Assembly: GCA_963717505.1 (NCBI GenBank)
Contig: OY970342.1
Span: 2,752,001-2,816,000, forward strand
Length of the DNA: 64,000 bases
Reading direction: 5' to 3'
Origin: Candidatus Eiseniibacteriota bacterium
GTDB lineage: Bacteria; Eisenbacteria; RBG-16-71-46
In this document: positions 41,055 through 50,746 of the stretch, piece by piece
How the letters are laid out: every line of letters begins with the position of its first letter
How positions within the stretch are numbered: the first letter of the stretch is position 1
Made by a program: the position numbers and the translations under genes
Notes under the pieces: generated by a model
What the model was told of the DNA's origin: nothing
What the model saw: the letters and a program-made list of their open reading frames with translations, nothing else
The model's database searches: none

Positions 41055-42323
41055 GTGGAATTCCTCATTCGCCCATTCCGAAGAGACGCCGATCGTCCGA
41101 TCCTGGTCGACGACACCGGCGGCGAGCCGACGGTGGTTGCGTCCCGCCCGCTGGCCGAAGTGCGTGGCGCCCAGGAAGAGATCGTCCGTTCCGACGCCAA
41201 ACTGGCCGAGCTGATCCTGAATCTGGTCCACGAGACCGCGCGCGCCAGCAGCGACGAGTCGCAGCTCATGGCGGTGATCGCCGAGTTCGCGTTCCGGGCG
41301 TTCCCGGGCGCCACCCACCACGTGCTCGCGGTCAAGGACGCGAACGAACCCGGCGGCTTCCGCACGCTGATCGCCCGCTCGCGGAGCGGCGACGAGCCCG
41401 ACGTGACACTGAGCCGCACCATCGTCTCGCGGGTCATCAGCGAGGGTTTGGCGGTGCTGGTCACCCACACTGAACAGGACATGGCCAAGGTCCACAGCAT
41501 TGCACTCTCGGGGCTGCAGACCGCGATCTGTGCACCCCTGACCCAGGGCGAGACCGCGTTCGGCATCGTCCAGCTCGACATTCGCAATCCCGGCAAGGGC
41601 GTGTTCACCAGCCGCGACGTCGACCTCTTGTCGGTGTTCGCCAGTCAGGTCAGCCTCGCGCTCGACCACCTGCACCTGTTCCAGCAGCAGCGCCGAGCCC
41701 TGCAGTCGACGATCAATGCCCTGGTTCACTCGCTGACCCTCAAGGATCCCGAGACCGCGCATCACTCGGAACGGGTCCAGGCCGTGGCGCTCGAGATCGG
41801 ACGCGAGATGGGTTTGTCGGGCCGCGAGCTCGAGATCATCGGGGTCGCCGCGATCCTCCACGACCTGGGCAAACAGGGCGTGCGCGATGACGTCTTGTTC
41901 AAGCCCGACCGGCTGACCGAGGGCGAGCGGGAAGAGATGGCGCACCACGCGGCCTACACCCAGACCATCCTCGACAAGATCGAGTACCCGGAGCAGCTCC
42001 GGGAGGTCCCCAAGATCGCTGCCTACCACCACGAGAAGATGGACGGCAGCGGGCCATTCGGCATTCCCGGTCCCGAGATCCCGCGCGCCTCGCGCATCAT
42101 CTCGGTTGCCGACGTGTTCGATGCGCTCATGTCGCCGCGCTCGTACAAGGATCCAATGTCGGTCGACCAGGTGGTAGGGATCCTCGAGAAGGGCAAGGGC
42201 GTCGACTGGGATCCGCAAGTGGTCAGCGCTCTGCGGCAGATCATCCCGGATCTCGAAGCATCGCTCTACGCTGCGTCGGCGTCCGCCGCCGAGGCCAGCG
42301 AGCCGCTCGACGAAGCGGCCTGA
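41055..42323 (+). CDS. GAF + HD-GYP domain protein
   Basis: ICAPL, F...D.DLL; D.ETAHHS.RV, LHDLGK, HHEKMDGSGP, VADVFDAL. Confidence 0.88.
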   Translation: MEFLIRPFRRDADRPILVDDTGGEPTVVASRPLAEVRGAQEEIVRSDAKLAELILNLVHETARASSDESQLMAVIAEFAFRAFPGATHHVLAVKDANEPGGFRTLIARSRSGDEPDVTLSRTIVSRVISEGLAVLVTHTEQDMAKVHSIALSGLQTAICAPLTQGETAFGIVQLDIRNPGKGVFTSRDVDLLSVFASQVSLALDHLHLFQQQRRALQSTINALVHSLTLKDPETAHHSERVQAVALEIGREMGLSGRELEIIGVAAILHDLGKQGVRDDVLFKPDRLTEGEREEMAHHAAYTQTILDKIEYPEQLREVPKIAAYHHEKMDGSGPFGIPGPEIPRASRIISVADVFDALMSPRSYKDPMSVDQVVGILEKGKGVDWDPQVVSALRQIIPDLEASLYAASASAAEASEPLDEAA

Positions 42324-42400
42324 CGCTCGTCGCACCCGCAGAACCCCCGCATTCTCGCCCGCATCCCGCCAACGAATCGACTTTGCCTGGCCGCCCCCGA

Positions 42401-43471
42401 TCAGGCGGCGAAGTCCTGGGGCAGATACTTCTCGAAGGCGATGCGGTCGATGGCGTGCTCGTAGGCTTCCTCGCCGCTGATCGTTTCCTTCTTGACCATT
42501 TCGCCGAGCACGGAGTCGAGCGCCTGCATGCCGATCCGGCCGCCGGCCTGGATCGCGTTGGTCAGCTTGTGGCTGTTGCCGCTGCGGATCATCGAGGACA
42601 CCGCGTGGGTGGTGACCATGACCTCGGCGGCGACCACCCGACCCGAGCCGTCGGAGCGCCGCACCAGCTGCTGTGAGACCACCAGCCGCAAGCTGTCGGC
42701 GAGCATGGCGCGGATTTGGTCCTGGCGCCGAGGCGGGAAGACGTTGACGATCCGGTCGATCGAGCGCACGGCGCCGTTGGTGTGCAGCGTGCCGAACACC
42801 TGAATGCCGGTCTCGGCGGCGGTCAGCGCCAGGCTGATGGTCTCCAGGTCGCGCATTTCGCCGAGCAGGATGACGTCCGGATCCTCGCGCACGGCGCTGC
42901 GCAGCGCCTCGGAGAAGCTGGGCACGTGGGCGCCGACCTCGCGCTGGGTGAACAGGCACTTCTTGACCTGGTGGACGAACTCGATCGGGTCTTCGATCGT
43001 GATGATGTGTCCGTGGCGCATGCCGTTGATGTAGTCGAGCATGCTGGCCAGCGTCGTCGACTTGCCCGATCCGGTCGGACCGGTGACCAGAGTCAGCCCC
43101 TTCGGCACCTCGATGATGTTCTTGACCACCGTCGGAATGCCGATCGCGTCGATGTTCGGGATGTCGGTCGGGATCACGCGAAAAGCGGCGGCGAGGCCGG
43201 ACGAATGGCGGTAGACGTTGACCCGGAATCGCCCGAGCGACTCCGAGGAGTAGGCGAGATCGACCGCGTACTGGCTGGCCAGGGTCTCTTTGTGCTCGCG
43301 ACTCAAGATTTCGACCAGTAGGTCTTCGACGTCGGTGGTCGACAGGTCGCGGAACCGAACCGGGGCCAGATTGCCGTTGACCCGGATGCGCGGCACCTGC
43401 CCCGAGACCAGATGCAGGTCGGATCCGCCCTGCTTTACCACCAGCTCGAGGAACGTGTCGATGCGTTTCAT
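42401..43471 (-). CDS. pilT: PilT-family ATPase (paralog 2)
   Basis: GSDLHL, GPTGSGKSTT, ITIEDPIE, REDPDVILLGEMRD, GTLHT, GMQ. Confidence 0.88.
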   Translation of the reverse strand: MKRIDTFLELVVKQGGSDLHLVSGQVPRIRVNGNLAPVRFRDLSTTDVEDLLVEILSREHKETLASQYAVDLAYSSESLGRFRVNVYRHSSGLAAAFRVIPTDIPNIDAIGIPTVVKNIIEVPKGLTLVTGPTGSGKSTTLASMLDYINGMRHGHIITIEDPIEFVHQVKKCLFTQREVGAHVPSFSEALRSAVREDPDVILLGEMRDLETISLALTAAETGIQVFGTLHTNGAVRSIDRIVNVFPPRRQDQIRAMLADSLRLVVSQQLVRRSDGSGRVVAAEVMVTTHAVSSMIRSGNSHKLTNAIQAGGRIGMQALDSVLGEMVKKETISGEEAYEHAIDRIAFEKYLPQDFAA

Positions 43472-43473
43472 GG

Positions 43474-44592
43474 CTACGCCGCCCGTCCTTCGGCGTCGCC
43501 GCTCGGGGCGCCGGCCATCAGGTTCAACAGCTCGGGACGGGTCACGAACGGCGCGAAGCCGAATTTGTCGGTGGCCTTGAGGAATGCCTCGTCCGGGTCG
43601 ATGTCGCCGGCGCGCACCATGGCGAGCAGCGACTGGTCCATCAGCTGCATGCCCATGCGGCGACCGGTGATGATGGCCCCCGGGATCTGGAACGTCTTGC
43701 CTTCGCGGATCAACTGGGCGACCGCCAGGGTGACCACGAGGATCTCGGCGGCCGCTCGGCGTCCGCGCCCGTCGGCGACGCGGACCAGCTCCTGGCTGAT
43801 CACGCACTTGAGGTTGTCCGCCAGCGAGTGACGCACCTGCGCCTGGGCGTCGACCGGCAGGGCGTCGACCATGCGATCGATGGTCGCGGCCGCACCTCGG
43901 GTGTGCAGCGTGCCGAACACCAAGTGGCCGGTTTCGGCGGCCTCGAGCGCCAGCGCGATGGTTTCCGAATCGCGCAGCTCACCGACCAGGATCACGTCCG
44001 GATCCTCACGTAGCGCCGAACGCAGGCCGTCTTTGAACGAGAGGACGTGGGTGCCGACCTCGCGCTGGACGACCAGTGACTTGGCGCTCTCGTACTGGAA
44101 CTCGATCGGCTCCTCGAGCGTGAGCACCATGAGATCCTGCGTCTGGTTGATCTCGTTGATCATGGCCGCGAGCGTCGTGGACTTGCCGGTGCCCGTCGCT
44201 CCGGTGACCAGGACCAGGCCCGAACTGAAGCTGGTGAATCGCGAGAGAATGTTCGGCATCCCGAGGTCGGCCAGCCGCGGCACCGCGCTCGGGACGACGC
44301 GGCAGGAGATGCCGATGCCGCGCAGATGTCGGCAGACGTTGATCCGGAATCGCCCGACCGCTTCCGCGGCGTACGACAGGTCGACGCTGCCGCGCTCGTG
44401 GAACACGCTGCGCTGCGATTCGCTCAGGATCTCGTCGATGATGCCTTCGGCCTCTTCCTGGGTCAGCGAGCGGTACTTGATCGGGACCAGCTGGCCGTCG
44501 AGGCGCACCAGCGGCGGTTGGCCGACGCTGAAGTGGATGTCGGAGCCGCCCTGCTCCCGGCCGATCTGCAGGAACGCATCGATGCGCGGCAT
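43474..44592 (-). CDS. pilT: PilT-family ATPase (paralog 1)
   Basis: GSDIH, GATGTGKSTT, REDPDVILVGELRD, TGHLVFGTLHT, LIREGK, GMQLMD. Confidence 0.88.
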   Translation of the reverse strand: MPRIDAFLQIGREQGGSDIHFSVGQPPLVRLDGQLVPIKYRSLTQEEAEGIIDEILSESQRSVFHERGSVDLSYAAEAVGRFRINVCRHLRGIGISCRVVPSAVPRLADLGMPNILSRFTSFSSGLVLVTGATGTGKSTTLAAMINEINQTQDLMVLTLEEPIEFQYESAKSLVVQREVGTHVLSFKDGLRSALREDPDVILVGELRDSETIALALEAAETGHLVFGTLHTRGAAATIDRMVDALPVDAQAQVRHSLADNLKCVISQELVRVADGRGRRAAAEILVVTLAVAQLIREGKTFQIPGAIITGRRMGMQLMDQSLLAMVRAGDIDPDEAFLKATDKFGFAPFVTRPELLNLMAGAPSGDAEGRAA

Positions 44593-44609
44593 GGCTTCCT
44601 AGGGCGCGG

Positions 44610-46979
44610 TCAGGCCGCGGCCCGCAACATCCCGAGCAAGTCCAGGGCGGACGCGGGCCGGTCCTTGGGGTCTTTTGCGATCGCGCGCATGACGAAGCGC
44701 TCCACGTGTTCGGGAACGTCCGGAACCAGCTCGCGCAGCGGCGTCACCTGGCCTTCGACGTGGCGGAAGAGCACGTTCACCGCGTTCTCTCCGTAGAACG
44801 CCTGCCTTCCGGAGAGCATCTCGTAGAGCACGACGCCAAACGAGTAGATGTCGGCGCGGCCATCGATGTCGGCGCCGGTGATCTGCTCGGGGGAGATGTA
44901 TTCCGGCGTGCCGACCAGGATGCCGCTCTTGGTCAGTCGTGATCCGGCGCCGGTGCCGGCGGAGGCAAGGCCGAAGTCGACGATCTTGGTCTGGTCGTCC
45001 TTGCCGATCAGGATGTTCGCCGGCTTGATGTCGCGATGGATGACCGAGACTTCGTGGGCCGCGGCCAGCCCTTCACACACCTGACAGGCGATCTTGAGCG
45101 TGCGGTCGACGGGGAGCGTGCCTTGGAGCTTGAGCAGCCGACCGAGATCCTGCGACTCGAAGTACTCCATCGAAATCGCGTGCTGGCCGCCGAGATCGAC
45201 CAGGTCGTAGATGCGGATCACGTTCGGATGGCTGATGCGCCGCGTGTACTTGAGCTCCTGAACGAAGCGCCGAATCATGCTCTCGTCGAGCGCCAGGTGC
45301 GGGCTCAGGACCTTGAGCACCAGTTCCTCGCGCACGATGACGTCCTCGACCAGGTAGACGGTGCCGAAGCCGCCGCCACCGATCTTGCGCACGACTCGGT
45401 AGCGATCGAGCAGCCGAACGCCGGGCGGCAGGTTCTGGTAGTCGCGGACAGGGGCGCTCGGGATCGGGGAAGCGGATGGCACCGGGGACGCGCTCCGGTC
45501 CTGAGGCGTCGGCGAGGGACGACCCTCGATGTCGGAGCGGCCCGGGTCCTGGTCGGGATCGGAGCGGCGCTTGCGCACCTCGAGCGGGCGCAGGCCGTCG
45601 CGGTCGCGCGCGGCCCCGGTGGCGTCGAGCGCCTCCTGGACCAGCCGGCGCTCCATCTCGGGCATCTCGACCTTGGCCAGCGCGGTGAGCGCATGGATCG
45701 CCTCGCGTCGGACCTCGGCGCTCTCGGATTGGGTCATGCGATAGACCGGGTCGACCGCGCGCGGATCGCCGAGTGCCCCCAGTGCGCGCAGGCACAGGGG
45801 AATCGCCCGGGTCTCGCGTTCCATGAGCCGCATGATCGGGACGACCGCGCGCTCGTCGCCGGTTTTCGCCAGGGCATCGATGGCGCGCTCGTGCACCCAC
45901 CAGTCCTGGTCGTCGAGCGCCTTGATCAGAGGTTCGACGGCGCGTTCATCGGGAACCGTGTTGAGAATCTCGACCGCGTAGCGGCGGATGTACTCGTCCT
46001 TGTCGTCGAGCAGCGAAATGACCGCGTCGACGACGCGATCCCCGCCCAGTGAGCCGAGCGCATCGGCGGCGCGTACGCGCACCCACCAGTCGGCGTCGCG
46101 TAGGGCCGACACCAGGTCCTTGATGGCGTCGACCGTGACCACCTGATTGAGCACCTCGACCGCCCCGCGGCGCGCCTGCTCCGATTCGTCCTTGAGGACC
46201 TCGACCAGGTGCGGCACGGCGGAAACGTCGCCGATCGCGATCAGGGCGTCGATCGCCGCCGTGTGGATCTTGATGTCCGGATCGCGCAGGTTCTGGCACA
46301 GGCCGGGGATCGCGGCCACGGCCTTGAGTCGCCCCAGGCACTGCACCGCCTCGAGGCGCACGCCGCGATTCTCGTCCTTGAGCAGGCGAATGACCGTCTC
46401 GATTCCCGCTTCGCTCGGGAAGCGCGCCAGGAGTTTGGCCATGTTCAGGCGCAGCCACCACTCGGCGTGGACCGCGAGACGGATCGCTTCGGCGGCGATG
46501 CTGCTGTCCGCGTGCTTCTCGAGAATGCGGAAGATGACGCCGCGGGCGTCCTTGCTCAGGTCCGGCAGCAGGCTGATCAGCATCCGCGGCTGAATGCCCT
46601 TCATCTGCGCCGAGAGGATGGCCTCCAACCGCGCCTTGGAGACCCGCGAGTCGGTGAACAGCTCGAGCAGGCGCGTCGGGTCGTAGTTCTGGGAGCGAGA
46701 CAGGGCCGTGCTGACGCCGTCGACGGTCTGGGGATCGGTCGAGGTCAGGGCATCGAAGAAGATCGGGAGCGTCTCGTTGTTGACCAGGCGCTCGAGGACC
46801 TCGAGTGCGGCGTCACGGGCTTCCGCCGAATGGAGCGAATCGAGGACCGAGCGGATCGAGGCGGGGCCGAGCGAGACCAGCTGATCCTTGACGTCGCCAA
46901 GCCGGCCGTCCGGTCCGGCCGTGGCCGAACCGAGCTGCTTCGCGATATGACCCGCCTGGATCTTTTTGAACAGGCGCAT
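44610..46979 (-). CDS. HEAT-repeat protein with C-terminal Hanks-type Ser/Thr kinase
   Basis: Repeated L.D.d..VR..A..ALG HEAT units; IGGGGFGTVY, HRDIKPAN, DFG, GTPEYISPE; no TM. Confidence 0.92.
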   Translation of the reverse strand: MRLFKKIQAGHIAKQLGSATAGPDGRLGDVKDQLVSLGPASIRSVLDSLHSAEARDAALEVLERLVNNETLPIFFDALTSTDPQTVDGVSTALSRSQNYDPTRLLELFTDSRVSKARLEAILSAQMKGIQPRMLISLLPDLSKDARGVIFRILEKHADSSIAAEAIRLAVHAEWWLRLNMAKLLARFPSEAGIETVIRLLKDENRGVRLEAVQCLGRLKAVAAIPGLCQNLRDPDIKIHTAAIDALIAIGDVSAVPHLVEVLKDESEQARRGAVEVLNQVVTVDAIKDLVSALRDADWWVRVRAADALGSLGGDRVVDAVISLLDDKDEYIRRYAVEILNTVPDERAVEPLIKALDDQDWWVHERAIDALAKTGDERAVVPIMRLMERETRAIPLCLRALGALGDPRAVDPVYRMTQSESAEVRREAIHALTALAKVEMPEMERRLVQEALDATGAARDRDGLRPLEVRKRRSDPDQDPGRSDIEGRPSPTPQDRSASPVPSASPIPSAPVRDYQNLPPGVRLLDRYRVVRKIGGGGFGTVYLVEDVIVREELVLKVLSPHLALDESMIRRFVQELKYTRRISHPNVIRIYDLVDLGGQHAISMEYFESQDLGRLLKLQGTLPVDRTLKIACQVCEGLAAAHEVSVIHRDIKPANILIGKDDQTKIVDFGLASAGTGAGSRLTKSGILVGTPEYISPEQITGADIDGRADIYSFGVVLYEMLSGRQAFYGENAVNVLFRHVEGQVTPLRELVPDVPEHVERFVMRAIAKDPKDRPASALDLLGMLRAAA

Positions 46980-47014
46980 TCACGCTCCATCGGCCCGGCT
47001 GCCGAGGCCCGAAC

Positions 47015-47596
47015 CTATCGGATGATGAACCAGGCCGCCGCCGCGCCCACCGACGTCGCGACGATCAGCGCGATGCCGATGGCGATCAGCGTCGCGGCTC
47101 GAGACCAGCGTTTCTCCGGGGTCATGGGCGCCCGGCCGCGGGAGGCAGGGTCGGGTCCTGTCGGGGCCACGATGTCCTGCTCGCGCGAGATGTTCATCAG
47201 GTGATTGATCTCGGCGGTCGACAGCATCATCGTCGGCTGAGCGGCGTCGCCAGCGGGCGCTGCCGCCGGTTCCGTGGTCGCGCGACGATCGCGCTCCAGG
47301 CTGATCCACAACGAGAACTTGCCGAGGCGGATCACGTCGTTGTTGTACAAGTAGGCCGTCTTGATCCGCTCCTCGTTCAGGAACGTGCCGTTCGCGCTGT
47401 TGAGGTCGCGTACTGTGTAGTGCCCTTTGGGCGTTCGCTCGAACTGCAGATGAATGCGCGAGATGCTGGAGTTGTCCAGCACGATGTCGCACTCATCGCT
47501 GCGCCCGCAGGTGATGACCGGTTTGTCGAACGTGTAGCTCTTGAGGGGACGCCCCTTGAGCGACAGCCGGATGCGAAGGACATTGTCCTCAGCCAT
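47015..47596 (-). CDS. FHA domain protein with C-terminal TM
   Basis: GR...CDI, SISRIH, DLNSANGTFLN; hydrophobic C-terminus. Confidence 0.88.
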   Translation of the reverse strand: MAEDNVLRIRLSLKGRPLKSYTFDKPVITCGRSDECDIVLDNSSISRIHLQFERTPKGHYTVRDLNSANGTFLNEERIKTAYLYNNDVIRLGKFSLWISLERDRRATTEPAAAPAGDAAQPTMMLSTAEINHLMNISREQDIVAPTGPDPASRGRAPMTPEKRWSRAATLIAIGIALIVATSVGAAAAWFIIR

Positions 47597-47738
47597 TCGA
47601 TCAGCTCCATTGCAGATTGCCCGGGGGAGCCCATTTGGCCCCAACCGGCCGGTTTCACGCGGCGCACGTGCGTGATTTGCCGGCACTTCCCCTATCGGCC
47701 GGGGCGGGATCGTGACTTGAGGGCAAAAAGGGGCAGGA

Positions 47739-48530
47739 CTAGGCCCCGAGGCGGTCCCGGAGCTCCCGTGCCCGGGTCCGGCTGACCGGAACCTCGGTTC
47801 GGGCGGAATCGCGCAGCTGGAGCCGGTAGGTGCCGGCAAATGCGGGCCGCAGGGCGGCTGCCCAGTCCAGGTTGACGATTGCCGAGCGATGGACCCGGGC
47901 GAAGCGGGCGGGATCGAGCCGCCGCTCGAGCTGATCGAGCGTGAAGTTGACGTAGTGCCGGTCGCGCTCGGTGGCGACGAACACGAGTTTGTCGTCGGCG
48001 CCAAACCACAGCACTTCCTCGGCCCTGAGGATGACCTGCCGGGCGCCGACCCGAACAGTGAATCGTTCGAGCCAGGGCGCTGACGCGCGCCCGGCGTCGA
48101 GGCCGGTCAGAAGTTCGGTCAATCGCCGCGACAGATCCTCGGGATGCTCGAGTTCCCGGCGCGCCCGCGCCAGGGCCTCGGCGAGCCGCTCGGCGCGAAA
48201 CGGCTTGAGCAGGTAGTCGACCGCGTTCTCCTCGAACGCGCGCACCGCGTAGTGGTCGAAGGCGGTCACGAACACCACCGCCGGGCGTGGGTCGAGCGAG
48301 GCGAGCAGCTGGAAGCCATCCTCTTCGGGCATCTGGATGTCGAGCAGCACGACGTCCGGGTGAAGCTCGGCGATCCGGCGGCGCGCCTCGGCCGCGGACC
48401 CCGCCTCGCCGACCAGGGTGACGCCGGGAAGCTCGCCCAGGATGCGGCGGGCGCGCGCTCGCGCCAGCGGCTCGTCGTCGACCACCAGAACGCGTAAGGC
48501 CCGATCGGAGCCCACCGGCGGGGGAATCAT
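47739..48530 (-). CDS. LytTR family response regulator
   Basis: VVDDEPLAR, LDIQMP, DYLLKP, FARVHRSAIVN, PVSR. Confidence 0.93.
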   Translation of the reverse strand: MIPPPVGSDRALRVLVVDDEPLARARARRILGELPGVTLVGEAGSAAEARRRIAELHPDVVLLDIQMPEEDGFQLLASLDPRPAVVFVTAFDHYAVRAFEENAVDYLLKPFRAERLAEALARARRELEHPEDLSRRLTELLTGLDAGRASAPWLERFTVRVGARQVILRAEEVLWFGADDKLVFVATERDRHYVNFTLDQLERRLDPARFARVHRSAIVNLDWAAALRPAFAGTYRLQLRDSARTEVPVSRTRARELRDRLGA

Positions 48531-48541
48531 GGCCTAGGCGT

Positions 48542-50746
48542 TTACCACGTCAGCGCGAAACCCGCCACGACCATCCGGCGACTGAAGTACGACAGCATCT
48601 CGTGACGTTCGGTGTAGTCCTCGTTGTACGTGTATTCCAGGATGTTCGGAGTATCCAGAACGTTCATCGCCTCAAGGTAGAGGACGCTCAGGCCACTCTC
48701 GGGTAGCCCAAGGCCGGCGGGCATGGTGAACAGCCGGGTGAGCCGGACGTCCAGTCGATGGTACTGGGGCATCTCCGCCGAGTACTCCGGTCCCTCGATC
48801 GGGCGCCACAGATCACGGCTCGGGTCGTACGTGGCGCCGACCACCGGCGTGTAGGGACGACCGGTGGTGAAGCCGAACCGACCGCCCATCTGCCAGAAGC
48901 CCGGAAGCTGGACCGATGCGACCAGGGTCAGCGAGTGGCGCACGCCGTAGGGCGAAGGAACTTCGGTGGTGACGTCGCCTTCGAGGCGGCGGCTGTCGAG
49001 ATAGCCGTACGAAATCCATCCGGTGTAGGGGCCGGACCGGGTGCGCGCGAACAGATCGACGCCGTTGGCTTCGCCATGGCCCTCGTTGGCGTAGTAAGTC
49101 TCGGCCGATTGAGTGACCAGATCGTCGTAGCGCTTGCGATAGAACTCGATCCGCACGTTCGACTCCTCGGCCAGCCACTCGTAGCCGGCAATCACATGGT
49201 CGGCGGCGAGGGGTCCCAGGGTGGGATTGCCGTAGACCGGATCGAGGTATTCGGGGCTCGCCAGCTGATGATAGCGGCCCGCCGCGACGCGCACGGTCTG
49301 GCGGTCGGAGATGCGCCAGGCGAGTGCCGCGCGCGGATCGATCGTCCAGGTGTCCACGAGCGAGGCGCGATCGGCGCGCACGCCGAGCGTCGCGTACACC
49401 GGGCCCCACAGGCGGATCTTGTCTTCGATGTAGCCGCCGGGCATCGACTGACGCGGCCGTGTGTCGTGATAGCGCACCGGTGCGCCCGGCTGGAGGTCGG
49501 TGCTGTCGGCCGGGTAGACGCCGACCAGGTCGTCGGCGCGCCGCGCGAAACGGAAGCCGGTCGACAGCTCGTGCTGCGGCGAGGCAGCCCACACCGCGTC
49601 GAGCTGCGCCTGGATTCGCTTTTCTCGCTCGGTCGCCGCCATCGGGCCGAACGTCCAATCCGACAGGTACTGCTGATATCCGACGTGTCCGCGCAGGGCG
49701 ATGCTGCGGCCGATGCCTTCCTGCCACTGCACCGCGGCGATTTGATTGCGCGACTCACCAGTGTAGACACCCGAGAAGTTGAGATAGTCGGAGCTGACGC
49801 TGGCCCTGTCGCCCGATCCCAGATAGAGGAACGACAATCGGCCGGTGGGCGAGTAGCGGTACAGCAATCGTCCGGCAGCGTCGGCCGAGCGCGGCGCCGA
49901 TACGTAGTCGCGCGAAGCACCGTAGAGCTGCTCGAGCAGCTGCACGTTGCTGGCGCGCACCGAGCCGACCAGCGAGACCTTGTCTGGCACCAGCGCCCAG
50001 CTGGTCGACACGCCGCCGCCCACCAGATTCGCGCCGACCGTGACCGTGCGCAGGTTCATCGGGTCCTGGGTCTCGATGTCCATCACTCCGGAAAGGGCCC
50101 CGCCGTAGCGGGCCGAGAACCCGCCGCTCGAGAAGAAGGCACTCTTGAGCATGTAGGCGTCGAGGGTCGAGAACAGCCCGCCCGAAGCGCCTTCATAGTG
50201 GTAGGGGTGGCCGATCTCGCCACCGTCGAGCCGGACCACGGTCTCCGAGGGATCGCCGCCGCGGACGAACAGCGCAGCGCCCTCGTTGGGTGCGTTGATG
50301 CCCGGCATCGCGCGCAGCGATTGAAACACGTCGGCGGCTCCGCCCGGCGTGGTGAATACATCGATCCGGCGCAAGGTCGCACCCTCGCTCTTGCCGGACT
50401 TGCCGAACGACGAGGCGGCGACCACGACTTCACTGACCGGCACCGGGGCTTCGCGCAACACGATCCGGAGCGGTGCGATGCCGGCCGCAATCACCAGATC
50501 GAGTCGCACCGGCTGGTAGCCGATCTGGGTCGCTTCGAGCACCACCGGCCCCTCGGGCAGTTCCAGCGCGAAAGCGCCCTGAGCGTTGGTCACCGCACCG
50601 GCGCGGAGCGCAGACACCCGCACGTTGGCCAGCTCGACGGGACGCCCGGCCGGGTCGACCACGATTCCGGTGACGCGCGCCGCCCACGCCGGGGCAGCGC
50701 ACAGCGCCACCAGGACGACCGCGAGTACGGCGCGCGCCGGGATCAT
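48542..50746 (-). CDS. TonB-dependent receptor with N-terminal carboxypeptidase-regulatory-like domain
   Basis: Signal peptide; VRGG....ET...LDG; GGFSARYGGALSG; terminal Trp. Confidence 0.88.
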   Translation of the reverse strand: MIPARAVLAVVLVALCAAPAWAARVTGIVVDPAGRPVELANVRVSALRAGAVTNAQGAFALELPEGPVVLEATQIGYQPVRLDLVIAAGIAPLRIVLREAPVPVSEVVVAASSFGKSGKSEGATLRRIDVFTTPGGAADVFQSLRAMPGINAPNEGAALFVRGGDPSETVVRLDGGEIGHPYHYEGASGGLFSTLDAYMLKSAFFSSGGFSARYGGALSGVMDIETQDPMNLRTVTVGANLVGGGVSTSWALVPDKVSLVGSVRASNVQLLEQLYGASRDYVSAPRSADAAGRLLYRYSPTGRLSFLYLGSGDRASVSSDYLNFSGVYTGESRNQIAAVQWQEGIGRSIALRGHVGYQQYLSDWTFGPMAATEREKRIQAQLDAVWAASPQHELSTGFRFARRADDLVGVYPADSTDLQPGAPVRYHDTRPRQSMPGGYIEDKIRLWGPVYATLGVRADRASLVDTWTIDPRAALAWRISDRQTVRVAAGRYHQLASPEYLDPVYGNPTLGPLAADHVIAGYEWLAEESNVRIEFYRKRYDDLVTQSAETYYANEGHGEANGVDLFARTRSGPYTGWISYGYLDSRRLEGDVTTEVPSPYGVRHSLTLVASVQLPGFWQMGGRFGFTTGRPYTPVVGATYDPSRDLWRPIEGPEYSAEMPQYHRLDVRLTRLFTMPAGLGLPESGLSVLYLEAMNVLDTPNILEYTYNEDYTERHEMLSYFSRRMVVAGFALTW

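Noticed and set aside
39606-42959. 1117-aa minus-strand ORF
   Set aside because: Only 39606-40904 is the real HD-GYP gene; the rest is an off-frame or antisense extension typical of high-GC DNA
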